A DNA stretch of 64,000 nt from Williopsis jadinii (Eukaryota), in NCBI GenBank assembly GCA_024346625.1, contig AP024664.1:3844001-3908000 (forward strand), read 5' to 3'. Positions 54,988 to 64,000 of this stretch are shown in pieces (position 1 is the stretch's first letter; each line of letters begins with the position of its first letter). The notes beneath the pieces are model-generated. The model did no database searches and had not been told where the DNA came from. It saw only the letters and a list, made by a program, of their open reading frames with translations. The position numbers were made by a program, and so were the translations under genes.

Positions 54988-57900
54988 TTATTCGAGATTG
55001 CGATCGTCGGTGTAAGCTTCCGATGCATCGTAGTGAGCATCGTTATCACCGTCGTCAATGTCATAATCATCGTCATTCAACACTTCTCCCAGAATATCCT
55101 CATCGTCCCTGTAGTCGTTAACACCAACGGTTCTGTAACCTGCACCCCTCGATTGGTACCTAGAAACCCTCGTGAATGCGCCTTTGATGCTTTCACCAAG
55201 ACCACGACCTAAAAGGCCAATCATCTTGTAAGTTGCAATGACACTGGCAAGCACCGCAATACCACCACGCACCACAGCATTGACGACTTTGTCTGTGTTG
55301 TTGTTCTCAATGAGATCGTCATCGTCACCAAGTCTGATCTCACCGAATCTGGCAAACCCACCATTACGACGGATACCTCTGTCATATACAAACCAAACAG
55401 CAAATGCAAAAACGGAAGTTGGAATAATAATCACCATTGCCAATCCAAACCCACCGAGCTTTCCAGCACGGCTCTTGCTGAACTCCTTCTCCTTGCCTGG
55501 ACATGGAACTGGGTCCCACTTGTCAAACTCTTGACCGCCTTCACACGTGGACATGGCGATCTTTCTATAGCCAGTAGGCTGGAAGTATTCAATGGCATTT
55601 TGGTCAACACGACAAATTTCAGAGCGATCCTCTGGAACCAGTCCTGCTATCAATTTACATGTACCATCGTCAGCCTTTTCGTAGTTATAATCACATTCAT
55701 AGTCATGTCTTGTACATGGGCAGTTCTTTACGATCTTCTTTGCCTTTCCTAATGGAGCAGAACCAATGAAACAGTTCACGCGGTCTGGTATCTTTCTCAG
55801 ATATTTAGCTTCATGGCCAAACAAGCACTTGGACGAAGACAATGGGTGGTTTGGAGTCCAGTATTCGAAATCGTCGTCATCAGGATGGTCAAGATCTAAT
55901 ACACATTGTCTTGTAAACACTTTTTCGAAGTCGATGGTGAAGGTCAAAGAGGATTCACCCTGACCAGATGCTTCTGATATAAGTAAAAACTTCTTTGATG
56001 TATCAGAAGGCACAGTAACTATATCACTGATCTTAACCTTAGCATCGTTGAACTCATACTCATTCCACGTACTACCTTCATCTAATGAATAGTGGATCAC
56101 ATTTGTCTCTGACACGTCATCAACGAGAACAACAATTGAGCCACGGTCACCGTATTCCCACTGATAAACACCTTTTCTTACTTCAGTCCAAGTTGCACCA
56201 GCATCTCTAGTGATGAAAGTGGATGCATTATTGAGAGAACCCAATTTGTCACCAACATTTCCAACGCCAAATAACAATCCTGTAGCCGATCCAGAAGAGT
56301 AGGTATCACGGAAGTCTTTTCTTTCCGTATATCCGTGTAAATGTAATGAACATTCCTTCAAAGGAGAACCTATACATGGATACTTCTTGCCTTCGGAGTC
56401 CTTAGCTGGAGGAGCAATGAAATACCAATCAGAACCATCGTTGAAAGTGATACGTGATTGGAGCTCCTTTATTGCTCCACCTTTTGCAGCGTCGTAATTT
56501 TTTACTGTGTTAATGAGGGCTATACCATCGAGACCCTCAACTCTCTCATAATCAACAAATCCAAACTCATTTCTGTTGACATATCTCTCGGACATGACAT
56601 ACGATGTACCATTGATGTTGGACTTCAATATTGCACCATACTCAGAACCAGGACGTTCGTTAGAGGTGACATGAAGGAAGATCGCACCAGTTTCAGAGCC
56701 CAAAACCGTGTACGCTTGTTGTTCATGAACATCAAAATCTTTTGGGAATTTTGCTTCTGCAAACGTCTTTCCATCTATAGTAACAAAAGCACGTAGAGAT
56801 TCACCGTCTGTAGAAGCTACAACGGTGAAGTGTGTAGTAGATGCAAATCCAACAACCTTTTCGAAAACAACTTCATGAGTAGCAAATTTGTCAACAGAAG
56901 AGAGCAAAGAGTGTGAATTAGAATCAACAACCTCGCAGAATATCAAACGTTCATCATTGTTCCTGTCGATATATTTGGCACCAACAAAGTCACAATGCTT
57001 TGTTCCACTAGCTAACGGAGTCCAGGATTTACCACTATCTTCCGTCAAAAATGCTATTGGTTTGCACTTTGATGAATATTGCGATTCACATCCTTCGTCA
57101 CCAAAGAATATGAATCTATCCGCAGATAATGGATCAAATACAAACACTTGAAGACCAAATGGGTTCACCTCAGATGGTGTTTCCATAACACGGAAGTTTT
57201 TACCCCTGTTTCCTGAGAAGTACACCTTGTTGTTAGTGCCCACCAAGTAGACGTAGTCTTTGAAGTAAGTGTTGAGGTAAATGGCCAAAATTTGGTCATC
57301 GGATTCGAACAGCTTGAAGTTCGCACCACCATCATGCGATATGTATACAGTATTGTACGAAGTCTTGATGAAAAGAGTTTCATCATTTGAGCCATACTCT
57401 GACTGTTCCATGAAATAATAGTTTGTAATGTGACCATCAAAGCTGCTTGCTTGAACTGTGATACTTTGAGCTTTCAGAAGATCATCATCACATGTGAATT
57501 CAACTTCTTGAATCTCTACATCACCACCTTCGCATTTGTTACCACCAATCTTCTTCTTGAGTTTCAAGTTCAAGATGTTACCAGTCGATTCTGTACACAA
57601 TTTCAGCAACTCTGCTCTGTCTGGTGCACATTCACCCTTAGAGTTGAGTGTAAATCCAAATGAACACTCATAATCAGCCTCTGTACATGTACATGGAACT
57701 TCATCGTATTTCAAATCTTCAAAGGCTTTGTTAACAAAACAATCAGCATCAGCTTTTCTTCTGTTGTATATGTCCTTATGCCCAAATACACAGCTTCCTT
57801 CGTTGTTTCCCTTCGATCTTCCGTACCATTTCTCAAAGTCGTTTGGCCCACATGTTCTTGAGAATGCCTTTGAGAAATCAAGTGAGAACAATATCTGTTT

Positions 57901-59466
57901 CATTGAATCCTGTTTTGGTTGAATACCGACAAAGAGGAAGTTTGAAGTGGTTCCATCAATAGCAGTTGTCAATAAAGTTGGGAAAACAGCATCTTCCAGT
58001 TCAATAGTTTGCCAAGTAGTTGCTTGATCTAACGAGTAATAAAACTTCTTGGAAGTCAAGTTTTCCTTGTCCTTTGTGAAAGGAGCTGCAACAATAACGT
58101 TACCCAAGTCTCCAAAGGCAAACACGCAAGGTTCCTCCAATGTTTTACTCCAAGTCCAACCACCATCACGAGAAACATAAGTGTGCAAGCTGAATGGATC
58201 TCTATTTAAACTCTGGCCTTCGTTACCAATGGCCATAAGAATACCAGGTGTTGCACCGGTACTGCCTTGGCCATCACCTCTTCTTTCTTCAACAGTCAAT
58301 ACATTCAATCCACATTCTTCATTACCTTCGCATGTTTCTGTTCTGAGGTATTGCCAAGTGTTACCATCGTCGAATGTAATTTTGGATCTTTCAAGAGGCA
58401 AATACGTGGTTTGATCATAACCTTCCGATACCCCTGCAATCCAAACACCTTCAATGGTTTCAACTTTATCAATATTAGAGAAGCCCAAAATTTGAGAGGT
58501 TCCAAGACCTGACAATAGATTTCTGAAGTGGATACCATCTTCATCCGACGATAGAACGTTCGAGGTTGATGAGAATCCTTGATCTACTGGGTAGACTGCA
58601 ACATGTAACGAGTTCTTTGTTGAAGCCAAGAATTCAAATCCATTTGCCTGTAGTTGTTCAGCCATTATTGCCTTGGAAAAATCGACACCATCCTTCGATA
58701 CATAGAGCAACACCGATGATCCTGTTTGGTCATACTTATCATCCTGAACCACTGCAACAACGAATGTCTGAACGACTCTAACATCGAGGACATAGGCACC
58801 AGCCAACACGCCAGACGCATCGTTCAAGATCTGCGGTTCAGTCTTGAAGAAATCATTTGAGGCAATAACCCTCGAGCGACGAACATAACCATGGGAGTCT
58901 CTCTCTGTTTGCAAGCACAAGATTCTAGAGTCTTCTCCCTTCGTGAAGGCCTCGTTTGACTTCACAAAGAGACACTTCTCCACGTTCTTGACTAACTGGG
59001 TCGGGTTCGACTTGAACCCGTCCTTTGTGACATAGACAGACGCATGACACGAACCGTCTGTATCAGAACAGTCAAAGTACGAGATTATCACATGGTCATG
59101 GTTCGCGCTGTTGATGTTGATGTCATACGCGATATCCGCAGTCATTGGTACCGTGAAAGTACTCCAAGTCTCGCCTCGGTCATTTGTAACGTAATGCGTA
59201 TTCCCCTGCGTGAATGCAAATGCTCTCTCCTTCTTCAACGGGTCCAAGAATATCTGACCAATCTGTTCCAACGACGCATCCCATGTCTTACCTGAATCAT
59301 GGGACCTATACAGAACGTTCTCGTTCAAGTTCAAGACAACAGGCGCATCGTCAAAGTAGAGAATCTGTGTTGATAGAACGTTCTGAGCAGTCTGGTGGAT
59401 CTCTGGAGAGAACGCAGCAGCAGCAGCAGCCACAAGTGGCAGCACAAACAGACGACTGAACAGCAT
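54988..59466 (-). CDS. PEP1: Vacuolar sorting receptor Vps10/Pep1
   Basis: 1492 aa; signal peptide, two Vps10 propellers with Asp-box repeats (SxDxGxTW), two Cys-rich 10CC modules, a TM segment and RRNGGFARFGEIRL tail. Confidence 0.96.
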   Translation of the reverse strand: MLFSRLFVLPLVAAAAAAFSPEIHQTAQNVLSTQILYFDDAPVVLNLNENVLYRSHDSGKTWDASLEQIGQIFLDPLKKERAFAFTQGNTHYVTNDRGETWSTFTVPMTADIAYDININSANHDHVIISYFDCSDTDGSCHASVYVTKDGFKSNPTQLVKNVEKCLFVKSNEAFTKGEDSRILCLQTERDSHGYVRRSRVIASNDFFKTEPQILNDASGVLAGAYVLDVRVVQTFVVAVVQDDKYDQTGSSVLLYVSKDGVDFSKAIMAEQLQANGFEFLASTKNSLHVAVYPVDQGFSSTSNVLSSDEDGIHFRNLLSGLGTSQILGFSNIDKVETIEGVWIAGVSEGYDQTTYLPLERSKITFDDGNTWQYLRTETCEGNEECGLNVLTVEERRGDGQGSTGATPGILMAIGNEGQSLNRDPFSLHTYVSRDGGWTWSKTLEEPCVFAFGDLGNVIVAAPFTKDKENLTSKKFYYSLDQATTWQTIELEDAVFPTLLTTAIDGTTSNFLFVGIQPKQDSMKQILFSLDFSKAFSRTCGPNDFEKWYGRSKGNNEGSCVFGHKDIYNRRKADADCFVNKAFEDLKYDEVPCTCTEADYECSFGFTLNSKGECAPDRAELLKLCTESTGNILNLKLKKKIGGNKCEGGDVEIQEVEFTCDDDLLKAQSITVQASSFDGHITNYYFMEQSEYGSNDETLFIKTSYNTVYISHDGGANFKLFESDDQILAIYLNTYFKDYVYLVGTNNKVYFSGNRGKNFRVMETPSEVNPFGLQVFVFDPLSADRFIFFGDEGCESQYSSKCKPIAFLTEDSGKSWTPLASGTKHCDFVGAKYIDRNNDERLIFCEVVDSNSHSLLSSVDKFATHEVVFEKVVGFASTTHFTVVASTDGESLRAFVTIDGKTFAEAKFPKDFDVHEQQAYTVLGSETGAIFLHVTSNERPGSEYGAILKSNINGTSYVMSERYVNRNEFGFVDYERVEGLDGIALINTVKNYDAAKGGAIKELQSRITFNDGSDWYFIAPPAKDSEGKKYPCIGSPLKECSLHLHGYTERKDFRDTYSSGSATGLLFGVGNVGDKLGSLNNASTFITRDAGATWTEVRKGVYQWEYGDRGSIVVLVDDVSETNVIHYSLDEGSTWNEYEFNDAKVKISDIVTVPSDTSKKFLLISEASGQGESSLTFTIDFEKVFTRQCVLDLDHPDDDDFEYWTPNHPLSSSKCLFGHEAKYLRKIPDRVNCFIGSAPLGKAKKIVKNCPCTRHDYECDYNYEKADDGTCKLIAGLVPEDRSEICRVDQNAIEYFQPTGYRKIAMSTCEGGQEFDKWDPVPCPGKEKEFSKSRAGKLGGFGLAMVIIIPTSVFAFAVWFVYDRGIRRNGGFARFGEIRLGDDDDLIENNNTDKVVNAVVRGGIAVLASVIATYKMIGLLGRGLGESIKGAFTRVSRYQSRGAGYRTVGVNDYRDDEDILGEVLNDDDYDIDDGDNDAHYDASEAYTDDRNLE

Positions 59467-59853
59467 CTTCCTCTGGCCTGTCGATGGTCCTTTCTCCCTC
59501 TATGGATCGTGCACGCTTAGCTTGTTGTGGCGGCGGTGTCTTTTCACCAATGCAAGCAACCCCAGTAACAATAGCCAGTAATCAATACAATGGCAACACT
59601 CAGCTCCAAGAATACACACAGTCGTGACGAGCCAGAGCGGTTGATAACACAGAAGAACAGGTTTCCCTCTGGTGGAGTGTGCGGGTGTGTGGGTGTTGTT
59701 TACTCCCTTAGTTGCTTTACAATTGTAAAGGTTTATAGCAATGGCTTCCTGGGTTGGGCGGTTTCGATGCTACAAAAGCCTCTTTTTCTTTGGTTTTGGT
59801 CTTTGTGGCCCACGCCCGGCTCTGCTATCTTTAGCCGCCAGCACGGTGTGCCT

Positions 59854-59898
59854 TCGGAATTAGGGGATTCGGAATTAGGGCACTCGGAATTAGTGGGC
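59854..59898 (+). repeat. 15-bp tandem repeat x3 in the VPS10/BUR6 divergent promoter
   Basis: TCGGAATTAGGGGAT TCGGAATTAGGGCAC TCGGAATTAGTGGGC. Confidence 0.85.
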
Positions 59899-59939
59899 TG
59901 GTGATAAGAGGCCTGGTTGAGGGGAGTTCATTCCGAGGG

Positions 59940-59995
59940 CCGGGTAATGGTGGTGGTCGCGGGTTTGTTTACATCAGCACCGTATGAAAATTTTT
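59940..59995. promoter_or_regulatory. Reb1 site and RRPE upstream of BUR6
   Basis: CCGGGTAA at 59940 and TGAAAATTTTT at 59985. Confidence 0.55.
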
Positions 59996-60177
59996 GAGGG
60001 CGCATTTCCCAAAGAGCTGTGTTTGTTTATCTTTTCACAAAGAAACGCTTATGCTTTGATGAAACAGGGTTCCTCGTTGGCATTGATAGGTTACTTGTAC
60101 AATACTGCGACATCCATCACCACACATTTATTCACATTCCCTTAAGCATTTGCATAACCACCCAGAAAGTTGAAAGC

Positions 60178-60495
60178 ATGTCAGACCAAACTACGAGCGA
60201 ATCGCCGGAGGCTTCGAGCTCGTTTGATATAAAGACACATTTCCCAGCAGCACGTATTAAGAAGCTCATGCAAAGCGACGAAGACATTGGGAAAGTCGCC
60301 CAGGCTACACCGGTTGTGGTTGGACGTGCGCTAGAGTTCTTTTTGGCGAACCTGGTCCAGGCATCAGCAGAGCAGGCTAAGATATCTGGAACCAAACGTG
60401 TCACTGCACAGCATGTGAAGAGCGCAATCCAATCGGATGATAAGTTCGACTTCTTGGTGGACACGATATGCTCGACGGAGGCCAAGGAGGAATGA
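60178..60495 (+). CDS. BUR6: NC2 alpha subunit (histone fold)
   Basis: IKTHFPAARIKKLMQSDEDIGKVAQATPVVVGRALEFF and FDFL motifs; ATG 60178. Confidence 0.95.
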   Translation: MSDQTTSESPEASSSFDIKTHFPAARIKKLMQSDEDIGKVAQATPVVVGRALEFFLANLVQASAEQAKISGTKRVTAQHVKSAIQSDDKFDFLVDTICSTEAKEE

Positions 60496-60916
60496 GATTC
60501 CATCCCCTTACTGTCCTCTTCTCAAACGTCGGAGGCAGAAATTGTTTAACGATAGAATGAAATTGTGGTTTTTATGTTGTTTACTTCTTTGGGTTGTTGT
60601 TGATTTTTTGTGGGGAAGTGTATTTAATACGGAGAGAAGCTGTAATAGAAGCTCGTTATGTATATACATCTATACAAATATATATGTAATGATAATTCTC
60701 GTGTTCTGATGATGGTGATTGGCTTGTCTTCATGTTGCTATAGATACAACGCTGCTCATTTTGACTATCAGCCTGTATGCGCGCTTATGCCCAACTGTGG
60801 CGCTTTACCAAATGCTAATTGAGCGGCCATTTAAGGTGTTCTATGACTCAAGATCGATTTCTTCATTTAACTCATCTAACAGCGTTTGGACAGCGAAGGT
60901 GTGCAGTGCGAAGAAG

Positions 60917-61795
60917 ATGTCCCAATTGTTATCGAAGAAGCTGAAAGTTGCTCTCATTCAAATCACCTCAGGTGCTGATAAGAGTGCCAACCTTGCGCAC
61001 GCTAAGGAGTTTATCCTGAAGGCTTTGGCAAAGGATCCCTCCATTGACCTCACCATCCTGCCGGAATGTTTCAATTCGCCTTACTCTGTTAGCGAATTCG
61101 CCAACTACGCCGAAAGGATCCCAGATGGTGAGTCCACCAGGTTCCTTTCGCAATTGGCCAAGGAGAACAAGATCTACCTGGTTGGAGGGTCCATTCCAGA
61201 ATTGGGCGACGACGGTAAGGTGTACAACACGAGCGTAACGTTTGATAGAGAAGGACAAGTCATTGGTAAGCACAGAAAGGCACATCTGTTCGACATTGAC
61301 ATCCCAGGTGGAATCACCTTCAAGGAGTCAATCACCCTTACAGGGGGTGATAAGGCGACGGTTTTCAACTTGCCGGAATTTGGTAACGTTGGTGAAGGTA
61401 TTTGCTACGACATTAGATTCCCAGAACTAGCTGCTCTGGCTGCACGTGAGAAGAACGCCTTTGCTATGGTCTACCCAGGGGCTTTCAACACCGTCACAGG
61501 TCCGTTGCACTGGCACTTGTTGGCCAGAGCAAGGGCAGTCGACAACCAGATCTTTGTCCTCCTGTGCTCACCTTCCCGCAACTTGGATTTGTCATACCAT
61601 GCCTACGGCCACTCTTTGGTTGTTGACCCAAATGGGAACATCATCGCAGAAGCTGGTGAGGATGAGGAGATTGTCATTGCAGAGCTGGACCCAGAGCTCT
61701 TGACAAAGACAAGAGCTGGCATCCCAGTCACTACACAGAGAAGATTCGACATATATGGCGACTGGTCGAAGAACACGGACCCAAGGGCCATCTGA
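60917..61795 (+). CDS. NIT3: Omega-amidase (nitrilase superfamily)
   Basis: LPECFNSPY, HRKAHLFDIDIPG and GICYDIRFPE give the E-K-C triad; ATG 60917. Confidence 0.92.
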   Translation: MSQLLSKKLKVALIQITSGADKSANLAHAKEFILKALAKDPSIDLTILPECFNSPYSVSEFANYAERIPDGESTRFLSQLAKENKIYLVGGSIPELGDDGKVYNTSVTFDREGQVIGKHRKAHLFDIDIPGGITFKESITLTGGDKATVFNLPEFGNVGEGICYDIRFPELAALAAREKNAFAMVYPGAFNTVTGPLHWHLLARARAVDNQIFVLLCSPSRNLDLSYHAYGHSLVVDPNGNIIAEAGEDEEIVIAELDPELLTKTRAGIPVTTQRRFDIYGDWSKNTDPRAI

Positions 61796-62168
61796 ACGCG
61801 ACACCGTATCATCTCTACAAAGACACAATCAACGAAACGTCATCAACACATCTCTTAGCCTTGGTTCATTGTAGTAGTGGTAGTCAGTGGCTCTAAGACC
61901 ATGTCACGTGATCTTATCTTGTGGTGTCCGGATGTTCTATGACGTAATGGCACAGAGCCCAGGCCTCTCAGCACGGGCCGCCTCAACCCACCCGGTGGCA
62001 GCACTTCATTGTATTAATACACAGCTGAATTGGTGGTATAAATATAGACACAAGGCACTCTGATATAGCAAACTAAAGCCAATTGGGGTAAAAATCCAAG
62101 TTATCGAGGAGTTTTTGACTTGAGAAGCTTTGCTGAAGAAGATATAAACTACTTAGAGATCGAGAGCA

Positions 62169-64000
62169 ATGGTTGTTACAAGCAGTCGCAGTCGTTCGTC
62201 TTTGACCCTGAATCAATTGCAACTGTTGCAAAATCCACAGAGCATTGATACCTCTTTGTTCTACGTTGGTGTTGACGTGGGGACAGGCTCTGCCAGAGCA
62301 GCCGTTGTGGATAACACCGGGTCGATTTTAGCACTGGCTGAGCGTCCAATTGCTCGTCAGGAGCTGAAGCCTAACTACATCACCCAGTCCACTACTGAGA
62401 TTTGGAATGCCATCTGCTACTGTGTCAAGTCCACAATCAGGGATGCTGGGATCGAGCCGAACCAGGTTATGGGTATTGGCTTCGATGCCACCTGTTCTCT
62501 TGCGGTGCTGTATGAGAAGGATGACCAGCCAATGGGTGTAGGCCCAAACTTCTCCAACAACGACCAGAACATCATTCTATGGATGGACCATCGTGCTGTT
62601 GATGAGACCAATGAGATCAATGCAACAGGTGACAAGTGCCTGAAGTATGTTGGTGGTACCATGTCAATCGAGATGGAGCTGCCAAAGATGAAATGGCTGA
62701 AGAATAACTTACCAGAGGGCCAGTTCAAGGAGGCCAAGTTTTACGACCTGGCTGACTTCCTCACTCACAAGGCCACTGGAAGCGAGGCAAGATCGTACTG
62801 CTCTACGGTGTGTAAGATGGGCTTTGTCCCACCAGGCGTTGAAGGCTCCACGGACGGTTGGTCGAAGGAGTTTCTGGAGCAGTTGGACTTGCCAGAGCTT
62901 GTTGAGGATAACTACAGACGTCTTGGTGGTTCTCCTTCTTTGGGTGGTACGTGGCTCTCAGCTGGTGACGTGGTTGGTCCATTGTCGAAGAAGGCTGCAG
63001 AGGAACTGGGACTGAGTACCTCTTGTCTTGTTGGCTCAGGTGTCATCGACGCCTATGCTGGCTGGATTGGAACAGTTGCTGCGCACACCGACATTGAGAT
63101 CCCAGCACTCGTTCATCAGGATAAGAACTCCATTGGAATGGCTAAAACTGCTGGTAGATTGGCTGCCGTTGCTGGAACTTCAACTTGTCACATTGCTCTG
63201 AGTGAGAAGCCAATCTTCGTGGAGGGTGTTTGGGGGCCTTACAGAGATGTCATGGAACCAGGCTTATGGCTTGCAGAAGGTGGTCAATCATGTACTGGTG
63301 CACTGTTAGCACACGTCTTAAACACGCATCCAGCGTATTCTGAACTGGCTCGTCTAGCAGATGCTTCCAATGTTTCGAAATTCGACTACCTCAATGCCCG
63401 TCTCGAGAGTCTGAAGGCTGAAAGATCTGCTCGTTCTGTTGTGTCGCTTGCAAAGCACCTCTTCTTTTACGGTGATTTCCACGGCAATCGCTCTCCAATT
63501 GCTGATCCTCGTATGAAGGCTGCCATCGTTGGTCAATCCATGGACACTTCGATTGATGATTTGGCAATCACCTATCTGGCTGCATGCGAATTCATTGCTC
63601 AACAAACTAGACAGATCGTTGAGAAGATGTGTGCATCAGGCCATGACATCCCTGCTATCTTCATGTCTGGTGGTCAATGCCGTAACGGTTTGTTGATGCG
63701 TTTACTGGCTGATTGCACTGGGCTGCCAATCATCATTCCTCGTTATATCGACGCTGCTGTGGTGTTTGGTGCTGCCTTGCTCGGTGCCGTTGCTGCTCAA
63801 AGTGCAACAAAGGTCAAGCGTAAGCCTTCCTTCAAGCTGCCACTAGGGTTGAAACCGTTGAATGAGGTGAAGAGGGACATGGCATCTCCTTATACAGCAC
63901 CTTCTGCGACTGCCTCCAACATCAATATGGCTGCTATTGCAAGTGCCACCGGTGGATTCCCATTCCCAATCACACCAGCTATCGACGAGGTCAAGTCGAC
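62169..64000 (+). CDS. FGGY-family carbohydrate kinase (D-ribulokinase, YDR109C-like), 3' end outside the window
   Basis: Not in the ORF track. ATG 62169 reads into FYVGVDVGTGSARA, WMDHRA, IDAYAGWIG, AGTSTCH, AEGGQS, DFHGNRSP and MSGGQ. Confidence 0.93.
   Translation, partial: MVVTSSRSRSSLTLNQLQLLQNPQSIDTSLFYVGVDVGTGSARAAVVDNTGSILALAERPIARQELKPNYITQSTTEIWNAICYCVKSTIRDAGIEPNQVMGIGFDATCSLAVLYEKDDQPMGVGPNFSNNDQNIILWMDHRAVDETNEINATGDKCLKYVGGTMSIEMELPKMKWLKNNLPEGQFKEAKFYDLADFLTHKATGSEARSYCSTVCKMGFVPPGVEGSTDGWSKEFLEQLDLPELVEDNYRRLGGSPSLGGTWLSAGDVVGPLSKKAAEELGLSTSCLVGSGVIDAYAGWIGTVAAHTDIEIPALVHQDKNSIGMAKTAGRLAAVAGTSTCHIALSEKPIFVEGVWGPYRDVMEPGLWLAEGGQSCTGALLAHVLNTHPAYSELARLADASNVSKFDYLNARLESLKAERSARSVVSLAKHLFFYGDFHGNRSPIADPRMKAAIVGQSMDTSIDDLAITYLAACEFIAQQTRQIVEKMCASGHDIPAIFMSGGQCRNGLLMRLLADCTGLPIIIPRYIDAAVVFGAALLGAVAAQSATKVKRKPSFKLPLGLKPLNEVKRDMASPYTAPSATASNINMAAIASATGGFPFPITPAIDEVKS

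Noticed and set aside
59854..59898. CRISPR-like interpretation of short repeats
   Set aside because: Eukaryotic DNA, directly tandem units with no spacers and no cas genes.
60019..60916. Long N-terminal extensions on BUR6 and NIT3 ORFs (also SPS1, MAK3 and 31498-32604)
   Set aside because: They come from TTG/GTG starts in the ORF caller; family similarity begins at or after the first ATG.

Overview
Nuclear DNA from a budding yeast (Saccharomycotina), not a prokaryote; no CRISPR, rRNA or tRNA genes were seen. CUG appears to be read as Leu (for example in the conserved PBY1 motif NDDGPLSD). Gene order interleaves the S. cerevisiae YPR/YBR and YCL/YDR paralogous blocks, which points to a pre-whole-genome-duplication lineage. 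I count 30 protein genes, two of them cut by the window edges. Eleven carry 15 short introns with degenerate splice signals that the ORF track breaks up; I reconstructed these by hand. Order: Zn2Cys6 TF, M19 dipeptidase, NCS1 permease, FCY1, Asterix/YPR063C-like, ATG11, MAK3, POL30, RXT2, PBY1, TIM12, NHP6, SPS1, AGE1, a tiny GPI protein, SNA2, a hypothetical protein, an FHIP/FAM160-like gene, KAR4, sphingolipid C9-methyltransferase, SPB1, PBN1, LRE1/HLR1, two SNG1 paralogues, CGR1, VPS10, BUR6, NIT3 and an FGGY ribulokinase. The most interesting items are: (1) a candidate catabolic cluster of TF, dipeptidase, NCS1 permease and cytosine deaminase; (2) a divergent FHIP-like gene head-to-head with KAR4; (3) a ~24% GC island that reads like decayed foreign (plasmid or organelle) coding DNA; (4) a possible snR84-like H/ACA guide in the 4.5 kb PBN1-LRE1 gap; (5) possible Cbk1 pseudosubstrate motifs in LRE1. 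Gene names come from remembered family motifs and synteny, not from database searches.
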